A stretch of DNA of 64,000 nucleotides from Candidatus Thorarchaeota archaeon (GTDB lineage: Archaea; Asgardarchaeota; Thorarchaeia; Thorarchaeales; Thorarchaeaceae), in contig CAVSBO010000017.1 in the NCBI GenBank assembly GCA_963726195.1, forward strand, positions 29,712 to 93,711, written 5' to 3'. The notes below the pieces were generated by a model. The model saw nothing but the letters and a program-made list of their open reading frames with translations, ran no database searches and was not told the origin of the DNA. Positions 49,014 through 58,507 of the stretch are shown here, in pieces. The translations under genes were made by a program, and so were the position numbers. Positions within the stretch are counted from its first letter, which is position 1. Every line of letters begins with the position of its first letter.

Positions 49014-49415
49014 CTACGAATGTTCGCGGGCTCTTATGGTTCGTGCCATGTCTGCCACTTTTTCAGCTACTGCCTTGTACCCCTCGCTTTTTCTTATTAT
49101 GCCGCTGACTCCAGTTGAAACGGCTCTGGATATCATATCAGAGTCAACATAGGCAGACAGAATGTGGATGTTCTTCACTCCCTTCTTTGACAGGATCCTC
49201 GTACATTCGATACCATCCATTCCAGAAAGCCTCACATCCATTAGCGTTATGTCAGGGAGCCCTCCCCGCTTGGTCATGTCCTCCACCTTCTTGATGGCAT
49301 CCTCGCCGTTGGATGCGGACATGACGGCGAAATCATCTAGCAATCTGTGGAGGTAGGTCTCGATAATCTTGGAGACCGACGGTTCGTCATCGACTATGAG
49401 GATCTTAGTCGTCAT
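49014..49415 (-). CDS. response regulator receiver protein (CheY-like, stand-alone)
   Basis: KILIVDDEP, phospho-acceptor context TLMDVRLSGMDG, and a conserved Lys region. Start set at MTTKILIVDD. Confidence 0.8.
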   Translation of the reverse strand: MTTKILIVDDEPSVSKIIETYLHRLLDDFAVMSASNGEDAIKKVEDMTKRGGLPDITLMDVRLSGMDGIECTRILSKKGVKNIHILSAYVDSDMISRAVSTGVSGIIRKSEGYKAVAEKVADMARTIRAREHS

Positions 49416-49646
49416 TGTGTCCCACCGGCATGCGTCGAACCGAATACTTGCGCACAGCATAGATTCAGTCCCGCCTTATCAATATCTGCGTTTTGCGCGA
49501 ATTGTCGCAGGGTCTCTACTAGCAGGCCGAACTCTGTCCAGAGAGCGAGGTACTGCCTCAGATATGTATGCGTGCTGTTCTTTACTCTGAGTAAGACATG
49601 AACGGGCAGTATTCAGCCGGAGCCAGAGGCTGCAGCAGGTGTCGAC

Positions 49647-50111
49647 ATGGCCGAATCAGGGACCATTTCCATAGCACAGCTGAAACCCATGCTTCGCCCT
49701 TCAGTGGTTGCATTCAGGGTTCTTGATATTAGCGAGCCAAGGAATGTCCGAGTCAAGAGGACTGGACTCATACATAGGGTCGCGGAGGCGACTGTTGCCG
49801 ACTCGACAGGCAGAATCATACTTACCCTTTGGGACTTCGACATTGACGAGGTTGCCGTCGGAAAGACGTACCTCTTACGGAACGGCCGCATCAACTTGCG
49901 TGATGAATGCATGAGCCTTGCTCGCGGATTCTCTGGAGAGTTCGTCTTAGCCCCGGAACCCATCGCCCAAGTCTCAGATTCGCCCGATATGAGCAGGCCG
50001 TTTGCTGGTGTAACAATCAAGCGTAGAAGAGATGAATCTGGAACCGGTCGCAACTTCCAAGGCACAATGGGAAGAGAGTCAAGAGGATTCTGCTCCAAGA
50101 AGTCCTTCTAG
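49647..50111 (+). CDS. single OB-fold nucleic-acid-binding protein (SSB/RPA-like)
   Basis: The pattern VVAFRVLDISEPRNV....VAEATVADSTGRIILTLWD...GKTYLLRNG is typical of archaeal OB-fold ssDNA-binding proteins. It has a basic/Gly-rich tail. Confidence 0.55.
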   Translation: MAESGTISIAQLKPMLRPSVVAFRVLDISEPRNVRVKRTGLIHRVAEATVADSTGRIILTLWDFDIDEVAVGKTYLLRNGRINLRDECMSLARGFSGEFVLAPEPIAQVSDSPDMSRPFAGVTIKRRRDESGTGRNFQGTMGRESRGFCSKKSF

Positions 50112-50183
50112 GAGCGCACACTTGGCGATGATTTGGGGAGGAAGCGCTTTTGAGCTGGCTACATTCCATAAGCGCGACCGACA

Positions 50184-51083
50184 ATGAGAGTTAACGTACA
50201 GGGTGAAACCATTCCCTATCCTGTCACAGTGCTCCGCGGCAAGCTCAGGCTTTGCGGCATTTCTCACTTGGACGCAGAGAGAGTAATCTCGCAAGTCCTC
50301 GGCGAATTCGGTAGGAGACCACCGACTGAAGAGGAAGTCATCCAGAAAGTTAGAGACCGCCTAAGGTCTCACCATCCCGCAGCGGTGAAAGCCTTCGATG
50401 TTCTTACCAAGTATGATTCAGTGAGAGCCGCTCAGAGAACTCTGCCACCTCTCATCCTTGTACTGGAGGGAGCATCTGCCACGGGAAAATCCATGCTCTC
50501 GATTCCAATGATACTGAATCTCGCCGCTACTCGCGTGATTGGCACAGATACAATCCGACAGGTTCTGAGAACGATATACAGCGAGCGGAATCACCAAGAG
50601 CTATACTGCCACACATACCAAGCCTACCGATACCGCCAAGCTGGTCCGCTAGATCTGAGTCCAGTCGTCAGAGGTTATCTTGCTCAATGCGAGCTTATGG
50701 AGCCTGTGGTCAGGAATCTTGTTGAGAGAACAGTCGAGGAGGGAGCAGACGCAGTAATTGAAGGTGTACATGTCAGGCCAGGTTCGCTGAGGCAGTTGAG
50801 CTCAGGAATCATCGAAGTCGTAGTTGAACCGGGAAAAGAATCTCACAAGGCCATGTTCATGACCAAGGACGCGGCCGCGAAACTCAAGACTGTGAGTAGT
50901 GATCAAACAGTAAGGGAGAAAGAGTTTGAGGCCACAAGGCTGATTCAGGAGTACCTCGTGAATGAAGCTAGTCGTCTCGGAGTGCATGTACTCAAGTTCT
51001 CAGACTATGACCAAGCTGAGAGAGCCACTTGCAGTATCGTGGTGGATTCCGTCAAGCGAATTCTTGAGACCGGAGGGAAGTGA
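50184..51083 (+). CDS. 2-phosphoglycerate kinase-like P-loop kinase
   Basis: An N-terminal ATP-cone-like segment, then P-loop LEGASATGKS and the conserved GTD..R, YQAYR and EGVH blocks seen in archaeal 2-PGK. Confidence 0.6.
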   Translation: MRVNVQGETIPYPVTVLRGKLRLCGISHLDAERVISQVLGEFGRRPPTEEEVIQKVRDRLRSHHPAAVKAFDVLTKYDSVRAAQRTLPPLILVLEGASATGKSMLSIPMILNLAATRVIGTDTIRQVLRTIYSERNHQELYCHTYQAYRYRQAGPLDLSPVVRGYLAQCELMEPVVRNLVERTVEEGADAVIEGVHVRPGSLRQLSSGIIEVVVEPGKESHKAMFMTKDAAAKLKTVSSDQTVREKEFEATRLIQEYLVNEASRLGVHVLKFSDYDQAERATCSIVVDSVKRILETGGK

Positions 51084-52472
51084 ATGAACTGGAAGGACAA
51101 ATCTCTGAGTCTGCTCTTCAATCCCGAAACAATAGCTGTCATTGGGGCTTCTGACAAGCCGCAGAAGCTCGGCGGTCTCGCACTAAAGGCCTTGGGGACC
51201 TCCAGTTGCACTCTCCTGCCAGTCAATCCTCGGCTGTCATCCATTGGAGACCTGAGATGTTATCCCAGTGTAGGAGCCATTGAACAAGAAGTGGACCTAG
51301 CGGTGATTGCGCTTCAGGCCCCGCTAATCCTTCCCGCCATACAGGACTGTGCCGCGGCGGGTGTTAGGTCGGCCATAGTGTTCTCTGCTGGCTTCAAGGA
51401 ACTTGGTGATGCGGGCGAAGAGCTTCAGGCCCAAGTGAAAGCTGTCGCTGATGAAGCCCATATCGCGGTTATCGGACCCAACTGTTTAGGTGCGGGCAAC
51501 AACAACATCAAATTGAACGCCACATTCTTTCCTCATCCGGTCGGGCTGAAGAAAGGCAGGGTCTCACTCGTGAGTCAGAGCGGAGGAGTGGCTGGCTTGA
51601 TGATCTACGCTGCATCCGACGCCGGCCTCGGCGTCGCGAAATTTGCAAGTATCGGTAACAGGGTGAACATAGACTTCGATGACATGCTCAGATTCCTCGG
51701 CCAAGACCCGGAGACCGAAGTGGTTTGTCTATTCGTGGAAGGCACAGAACATGGCAGATCCATGTATGAAGAGATGGCGAGACTCACACCCAAGAAGCCA
51801 GTAATTGTGTACAAGGTCGGCAAAACTCCGGCATCCATGAGAGCAGCGAAGAGTCACACTGGCAGTCTGGCTGGCCAACAGGAGTTGTACAGTGCAGCAG
51901 TGCGTCAGGCAAACGGCATCGAGGTCGAGAGTGTCTCAGACATGATTGACACGGCCAGAGTTTTGGTTGCAAGTGGCGGCCGCCGCCGAGGTCCCAATGT
52001 CGCGATTCTCACTCACACTCTGGGACCTGCCCTCATCGCAGCACAGATACTGGAAGAGCACGGCATTCAACTCCCGATGCCCCTACCTGACACGGCGCTG
52101 AGAATCGAACAGATGCTGTCAATGCCGGTCCATATACCAATATCAAACCCGATCGACCTGCTGGCACAAGGATGGGCTGAACCGCGCGTCTTCGCTGGAG
52201 CCCTTCAACTGCTAATGGAAGACGACAGGTACGATGCTCTGATGACAGTGTTCTCTCCGAACTACCAAGAGGAGATTGGAGGTGGAATGCCTGTCGAGGA
52301 CATCGCGAAGTGTGCACGGGAGTCTGACAAGATAATCGTCGCAGTCTTGAATGCACCTGAGTCGAGACCGCCTCCGGGCAAGAATGTCCTGGAAGACGGA
52401 GGAGTACCGGTGTTCTCAAGCCCTGAGCGAGCGGCCCGAGCATTAGCTAGTGCCCTTGGGACAAGGGACTGA
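51084..52472 (+). CDS. acetyl-CoA synthetase (ADP-forming) alpha subunit / CoA-binding protein
   Basis: LFNPETIAVIGASDKPQKLGG CoA-binding N-terminus, and the phospho-histidine loop KSHTGSLAG. Confidence 0.8.
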   Translation: MNWKDKSLSLLFNPETIAVIGASDKPQKLGGLALKALGTSSCTLLPVNPRLSSIGDLRCYPSVGAIEQEVDLAVIALQAPLILPAIQDCAAAGVRSAIVFSAGFKELGDAGEELQAQVKAVADEAHIAVIGPNCLGAGNNNIKLNATFFPHPVGLKKGRVSLVSQSGGVAGLMIYAASDAGLGVAKFASIGNRVNIDFDDMLRFLGQDPETEVVCLFVEGTEHGRSMYEEMARLTPKKPVIVYKVGKTPASMRAAKSHTGSLAGQQELYSAAVRQANGIEVESVSDMIDTARVLVASGGRRRGPNVAILTHTLGPALIAAQILEEHGIQLPMPLPDTALRIEQMLSMPVHIPISNPIDLLAQGWAEPRVFAGALQLLMEDDRYDALMTVFSPNYQEEIGGGMPVEDIAKCARESDKIIVAVLNAPESRPPPGKNVLEDGGVPVFSSPERAARALASALGTRD

Positions 52473-52545
52473 AGGTGCCATCTCTTCGGTCGACCAGTTA
52501 TCACCGTCACGAAAGGATTTCCCTCTCCGGGCAGACTTTACGGGT

Positions 52546-52902
52546 CTAATCCCAATTCCCGATGTTTTCAAATCTCAAGTTGAATCTCCCGCAATTGCCG
52601 CAAAGGTACGTCGTTTTTGGTAATCGAAATTCTCCAATGTTCGTGTTCCAAGAGAATGCAATTTCCGTGGTTTTCGCGGGGGTCTGAAGAGAGGGGTCAT
52701 TATAATACTTGAACTTCTGCCCACAGTACGGGCACTTCTCTTTGGGATCCAGGTAATTGCCTAGCACGAACTTGTGACACTTTTCACAGTACCCGGGAGC
52801 ACCACAAAAGGTCTGGAAATTCTGGAACCCTCCTCCGGCTATGAATTCCTTCTTGAACCCACACTTGCAGGATGCGCGCAGCGTGTTGCCCATGATTATC
52901 AA
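52546..52902 (-). CDS. multi-zinc-ribbon small protein (hypothetical)
   Basis: 118 aa with CKCG, CEKC, CPYCG and CGNCG pairs. Confidence 0.5.
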   Translation of the reverse strand: MIIMGNTLRASCKCGFKKEFIAGGGFQNFQTFCGAPGYCEKCHKFVLGNYLDPKEKCPYCGQKFKYYNDPSLQTPAKTTEIAFSWNTNIGEFRLPKTTYLCGNCGRFNLRFENIGNWD

Positions 52903-53058
52903 AGTTAAATAAGGGAAGCGTGTTAATTAATGATTGGATGCTACGAGAGAGCATTCATTGTCGGTGTAGCGCCTGGGCCTTTTGACGTAATGATGAGACA
53001 GAAGGATGCAAGCGGTCCGCGGTCATAATGTGGGACTGAGATTGCGCAGGGAATTGAC

Positions 53059-53076
53059 ATGAGCATATCGACGCCT
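53059..53076 (+). pseudogene. 5-prime stub (start codon plus five more codons) of a mutS paralog, cut off by the IS
   Basis: ATG AGC ATA TCG ACG CCT = MSISTP, compared with MSVSTP at the start of the intact mutS (55811). The 16 nt upstream are also about 80 percent identical by my hand count (AGGGAATTGACATGAG vs GGGGAATCGTCATGAG). Confidence 0.65.
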
Positions 53077-54509
53077 TCCAAACAGTTCCATTCTATATGG
53101 GTTTACATAGGCATACGTTGCACAAATCCGGGTGTGCCTGAAAGACTCTGCACAGCTAATGAAAACCCAATTCCCTGAGCCGAGCGCCCTGAGATCTCAG
53201 GAGCCACAAGGAGGTTGCTCCAAGCGCTAAAGACCTATTCACTCAGCCATGACCAGGGCAAGGTACTCAACGGTCTAATGGCTGCCTACAACACCGTCCT
53301 CAACACCATGCTGCAGTGTATCTGGCAGACGACGGAATGGAGGAAGCATCAGATCAAAGGCAAGAAGCAGCACAGGTTCTACCCAAAGTACAGGAAGGAT
53401 AGTGTCTTCAAGCGGGCAGATGAGAGACAAATGCCTCGAAGAGTGGTGCTATGCAGCTCACTGGGTCGACTCCGCCATGAAGACGGCCTTCAGCATCATG
53501 GCTTCGTGGAAAACGAACTATGACAGGGGTGAGAGAAAAAGCGACTGCCCACATTCCCGGAGGCTCTTTTTGCGGGTCAAGCAGACCCTCCTCAAACTCG
53601 AGGGAGACACGCTCAGGATCACCCTCAAGCCACGTGAGTTCGTCTATATCGACCTCTCGCGACGTTACTTCAAGCTGCCCGGCAGCGTGTCCTCAGTGGG
53701 CTTGGGTGAACCGGTCATCACACCTGACAGAATACACCTGCCCATCCACGTGACTGAAGAAGAGAAGGAGAGAACTGCTGAGGCGATGGCGTGGGACTCG
53801 AACATGCTATCCATGGATGGCTACAGCCCTGAGACAGGCTGGGTGAAGATAGACACGAGGAAACTCGTGTCGGCGCACATATCGAGCTTCGAGAAGAGAC
53901 GCAGCGTACAGGCAAGGGCATCGAAGTGTAAGAGGATGAAGAGACTCCTCACAAAATACAGGAGAAGGGAAAGAAATCGTGCGAGGAAGCATCAAATTGA
54001 AATCGCTAGGGCAATCAGCGTGTTCTCGAACAGGAGCGGCTTCGAGGCACTGAGAAAGGAGAGGATGTATAGGCGCTCGAGACTGTGGAACCGCAGGTTA
54101 GCGAGAACGGACTGGCGGGGGATTATGAGAAGGGTTGCGGAAGGTGGTGCTGTTGAAGAGCTGTCTCCGCAGTTCACCTCGAAGAGGTGCTCCAGATGCG
54201 GGTGGATAGATAGAGACCTAAGAGGAGCGGTCTTCGAGTGTCGGAACTGCGGGCTAAGGATAGACAGGCAGCTCAATGCAGCGATCAACCTGTACCTGAA
54301 GATGGAGGGTGTTCCCCATAAGAAGGAGCGGTGGGATGCAAACATTCTACCGACACTTCGCGTGGGTAGGTACGTCCTGACGGGGGCGGAGCGGAAGGGA
54401 ACCGATGAACTCGTGAGGCTCCTAGATGATGCGGTGAAGCCCCAGATCTACGTGGAATACGATAGGTATGCTGACGCATACCTACCTACGCCTACATAGA
54501 TTGAAACCC
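53077..54509 (+). mobile_element. IS200/IS605-family, tnpB-only (IS1341-type) element, about 1.43 kb
   Basis: Boundaries are inferred (within a few nt) from where homology to mutS stops (53076) and resumes (54510). The element has a 14-bp perfect palindrome CCTGAGATCTCAGG at 53188-53201 in the left end. The right end has an 8-bp stem hairpin AGGTATGC-TGAC-GCATACCT at 54464-54483. No tnpA is present. Confidence 0.7.
53215..54499 (+). pseudogene. tnpB: TnpB (OrfB) RNA-guided nuclease, frame broken near codon 68
   Basis: RuvC-I AWDSN, FEAL (RuvC-II Glu), the zinc finger CSRCGW...CRNCG, and RuvC-III DRQLNAAINL. The N-terminal 68 codons (53215-53420) are in another frame. Removing one G from the GGG run at 53414-53416 gives ...DSVFKRQMRDKCLEEWCYAAHW. 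AAGGAGG lies upstream of the TTG start. Confidence 0.85.
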
Positions 54510-54897
54510 CATGAGGCAACAGTATACGCAGCTGAAGAGACAGTTTCCCGACTGTCTGTTGATGTTTAGGATTGGAGGCTTCTTCGATCTGTTCAACGAA
54601 GATGCCAAGACCGCAAGCCAAGTACTTGACATCGTACTCACGGCTCGCGGCGAAGGTGTAGACAAGTGGCCTATGTGTGGAGTTCCCTATCATGCAGTAG
54701 AGGGGTACGTGGCGAAGCTGCTGTAAGCTGGCTACACTGTTGCGATCCCGGACTAGATGGAGGACCTTGCGAAGGCGAAGGGCTTAGTGAAGTGTGGCAC
54801 TGTGCCGGTAGTCACTCCCGGCACCGCACTTGAACCCGACATGCTCCAAGAGACGTCAAACAACTACTTGGTGGCGCTTGACGAACACGATGGCGGA
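54510..54897 (+). pseudogene. mutS paralog remnant (mismatch-binding domain I, about 130 codons) with two in-frame stops, truncated
   Basis: It is colinear and in frame with mutS codons 7-135: MRQQYTQLKRQFPDCLLMFRIGGFFDLFNEDAKTASQVLDIVLTARGEGVDKWPMCGVPYHAVEGYVAKLL*AGYTV...D*... TAA at 54724 and TAG at 54754 replace Gln codons. Homology ends about 20 nt before the convergent gene at 54918. Confidence 0.8.
54589..54723 (+). repeat. 135-nt near-identical core shared with mutS (partner 55907-56041)
   Basis: Hand alignment gives 3 mismatches in 135 nt (at 54633, 54672 and 54681). The 78 nt upstream show 21 mismatches. Confidence 0.8.
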
Positions 54898-54917
54898 CTA
54901 AACCTGAGGTGCTCTTC

Positions 54918-55472
54918 TCACTCTGCACCTTGCCAAGGTGACTCTATCTTCTTTCCAGCCCTTGAAACGAATAATGCGACAATTGGTATGATAGGAATCG
55001 GCACAGCAATGGTGAAGCTGGCAGGGACCAAGACTGGAACGAGGTAGACTGCATATGGCAGAATCAACGCAGTAGCAGTCCAGACATAGACAGTTCTTGC
55101 ATCCACCAGGCCGCTCACTTTGTCGTGCACGAGCTTGATGAGATAGAGAGTGGGCAGGTACACCAATCCCATGAAAGAGAGGATACCCACAGGAAGAGGG
55201 AGAAGCTCCCATGGGTGAGCATTGTCTGCCCCAGTCACTTGGACTGCTTCCCACGCAAAGCCGTACAAGCGATAGACTCTAGCTGGCAGGTCAACTAACT
55301 CCACGTACATGGTCGGGCACAGGAATACGATGGCTACCATCGCATAAGTAATCCTGCGAACCTGTTTGACTGAACGTTCTTGAGGCCTAAGATTCGCTTC
55401 TGTCGGGGGAGGATTCATTTCGGGAACACCACAGCTGCTCCTTTGTCGTGATAGGACTGATGTTGCGCACAC
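54918..55472 (-). CDS. membrane protein (hypothetical)
   Basis: 184-aa ORF with about five TM helices. Start is GTG 55472 or ATG 55418 (MNPPPTE). Confidence 0.5.
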   Translation of the reverse strand: MCATSVLSRQRSSCGVPEMNPPPTEANLRPQERSVKQVRRITYAMVAIVFLCPTMYVELVDLPARVYRLYGFAWEAVQVTGADNAHPWELLPLPVGILSFMGLVYLPTLYLIKLVHDKVSGLVDARTVYVWTATALILPYAVYLVPVLVPASFTIAVPIPIIPIVALFVSRAGKKIESPWQGAE

Positions 55473-55810
55473 TACAGATACGGTCTGGCTTACAGTCTAG
55501 TCAGTTCGCCTCCTTCGTCCAGATGAGAGGCTATGCACGGACAAATCAACTGACCTAGTTGAGATACGCGGAACTTGTACCCTTGCCGCTGTCGTGATAG
55601 ACCATCTTCGCTTGCAATCATTTCGGTCTCAGATAGATGGCCGCTGCCCACAGTCTTGAGCGTTCGTTGCAGCCGAGCATGGAAACTGCGGTGCAGGTGC
55701 ACAAGATCAATAATGCATGGACTACAGCAAAGGTATTTGTGCCAAGAAGGGCAGCCGAATCTCCCTAGCATACCCTTTGGGAATGTACCGAGGCTACATG
55801 GGGAATCGTC

Positions 55811-58416
55811 ATGAGTGTTTCTACTCCAATGAAGCAGCAGTACACACATCTCAAGAGGCAGTATCCTGACTGCTTGCTTCTATTTCGACTGGGAGACTTC
55901 TTCGAGCTGTTCAACGAAGATGCCAAGACCGCAAGCCAAGTACTTGACATTGTACTCACGGCTCGCGGCGAAGGTGTAGACAAGTGGCCCATGTGTGGGG
56001 TTCCCTATCATGCAGTAGAGGGGTACGTGGCGAAGCTGCTGCAAGCGGGATATACAGTCGCAATGGCAGACCAAGTCGAGGATCCTGCGAAGGCCAAAGG
56101 ACTCGTCAAGCGTGACATTGTACGAGTCTTGACACCCGGCACATTACTTGAGCCAGGGATGCTTCAGGAGACCTCAAACAATTACCTTGTGGCATTGGTC
56201 GAACATGAGAACATGGTCGGCATTGCCGCAGTTGACGTTTCAACCGGAGAGTTTCTAGCAGCTGAAATCGAGGGCTCGATGACCAGTGAGAAGGTAGTCA
56301 ATGAGCTTGGACGGCTGGGACCAGCTGAGCTCTTGATTCCCGACTCCGTTTCGAAAAGACCAGATGTGAAAGCGGTATTGGAAGATACAGGTGCCAAACT
56401 GACATTCAGGAATGATCTTGACTTCTTGTCGTCGTCGGCTGAAGAGCGGCTAAGAGAAAGATTCGGGGTTGCTACGCTTGAGGGATATGGTCTCTCCGGC
56501 AAGAGGGTAGCAATTGGGGCCGCTGGAGCTATCCTCGCATATCTGAACGAAGTTCACAAGAACAACGCGGTCACGCTTTCGGGAATCAGAACCTACACGT
56601 TAGACGAATACATGATCATCGACAACATAACTGTGAGGAATCTAGAACTCATTAAGAATGCAAGAGACGGTACGACAAGGGGAACGCTCCTGAGTGTGCT
56701 TTCCAACACGGAGACATCAATGGGCAAGAGAAAACTGAGGCACTGGATACTGCAGCCCCTTAGGAGCCAAGAACCCATAGAGATGAGACTCGACGCGGTA
56801 GAAGAACTTGCTCGCGGAGCTCTCACTCGCCAGACTCTGTCAGAGAGCCTTGGTCATCTGGGTGATCTTGAGAGAATAACTAGTAGAACGGTATTCGGGA
56901 CTGCCAATGCGAGAGACCTTCTCGCGCTTAGAAATGCGCTAAGCAGAATTCCATCTGTGAAGAAAGCCCTGAGTGGCTGCAACTCAAGAATGCTGAAACA
57001 AGCGGCGGAATCTGTCGACTCCTTGCCTGAACTTGCGGATACTCTGCAGAATGCACTGGTTGATGACCCACCCGTAAGCGTGCGAGAAGGAGGCATGATT
57101 CGAGAAGGCTACAGCCATGACTTGGATCAGCTGAAGAAATCAATCTCGTCTGACAAGAAATGGATTGCTTCGCTTCAGGAAAGAGAGCGCAGACGTATTG
57201 GAATCAAGACTCTCAAAGTGGGCTACAACAAGATCTTTGGCTACTATATTGAGGTGAGCAGCAGCAATGCCAGTTCGGTGCCAAAGGACTACGAGAGGAA
57301 ACAGACACTCGTTGGCGGCGAGAGATACATCACACCCGAACTAAAGGAGAAGGAATCATCCGTCCTCAGCTGGAGAGGACAAGATCAACGAGTTGGAATA
57401 TGAACTCTATGAGGGACTGAGAAACAAAGTCAAAGATGTCATGGAAGTCTTACAGCGTGATGCTGACGCAATGGCGACGGTTGATGCTCTCTCCAGTCTT
57501 GCAGAGACAGCTGTCAAGAGAAGATATGTCAGGCCTAGAGTAAACAATGGAACGAGAATCGATATCGTTGATGGCCGCCACCCCGCCCTCGAGATGATTC
57601 TGGGTCCCAACGAGTTCGTTCCCAACAGTCTAGACATAGGCAATGGCGGCACCACTCTCCTCATTGTGACTGGTCCAAATATGGCCGGAAAGAGCACATA
57701 CATGAGAACAAGCTGCCCTCATCGTGTTGATGGCGCAAATGGGATCATTCGTGCCAGCAAAGGAAGCCGAGATAGGACTCGTCGACAGGATATTCACGAG
57801 AGTGGGTGCATTTGATGACCTTACTGCTAGACAAAGCACGTTCATGGTAGAGATGATCGAAACTGCAAACATACTGAACAATGCCACCGAGAGGAGTCTG
57901 GTTGTGCTTGACGAGATTGGCAGAGGAACCTCGACTTTCGATGGGATGGCACTTGCATGGGCAGTGGCAGAACGCATTGTGCAATTGAAGACTCGAACCC
58001 TCTTCGCCACGCACTTTCATCAATTGACAGACATGTCAAGCCTATACCACGGCGTGAAGAACGTGCACACGTTGGCCAGAGAGTCGGGCGACACAATCAT
58101 CTTTCTTCACAAGGTTGTAGATGGGGGTACAGACAAGAGTTACGGAGTTCACGTGGCGGCTTTGGCAGGTGTTCCGGAACCAGTTGTCAAGAGAGCGAGA
58201 GAGATTCTGGCTCGACTAGAACAGGAAAACGTTACGGGCTTGGGTGAGGCTTCTGCCACAAGTAGCGTGTCGCTTCAGACTTCTCTCGAACCGTTGATGG
58301 CCGACGATCCGCTGATAGAACGTATCACCAACATGGACCTAGAAAGGACCACACCCATTGACGCCCTCCTCCAGCTCAAGGAGATGCAGGACGAGGCTAA
58401 GAAACGAAAGAGATAG
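55811..58416 (+). pseudogene. mutS: DNA mismatch repair protein MutS (bacterial MutS1 type), split into three ORFs by two frame breaks
   Basis: Domain I (TPMKQQY...GDFFELF), core/clamp, then Walker A GPNMAGKSTYMR, and DEIGRGTSTFDG plus THFH in the third ORF. The breaks are near 57365-57371 (...ESSVLS / AGEDKINELEYELYEG) and at the AA run 57707-57708 (...STYMR / QAALIVLMAQMGSFVPA). Confidence 0.9.
55907..56041 (+). repeat. 135-nt near-identical core shared with the mutS remnant (partner 54589-54723)
   Basis: See the partner feature. The offset between copies is 1318 nt. Confidence 0.8.
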
Positions 58417-58507
58417 CCTGCCAGATACCTGAACTGAAAGCTGCGAGCGATGTGACATGTCTTGGGCAAATGCAGCTCAAATTACCACTGGTTGCCAGAA
58501 GGCTTAA

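Noticed and set aside
52990-53039. C/D-box sRNA-like arrangement: ATGATGA ... CTGA spanning 50 nt
   Set aside because: The length fits, but I find no credible internal D-prime/C-prime boxes (CAAG and GCGGTCA instead of CUGA and UGAUGA) and no terminal pairing. It is probably chance in the mutS-relic upstream region.
54511-54726. The 71-aa ORF as a functional mini-MutS domain I protein
   Set aside because: It is the in-frame beginning of a longer homologous stretch that continues past TAA and TAG stops and is cut off by an IS upstream. It is best read as a pseudogene fragment, although expression from the IS right end cannot be excluded.
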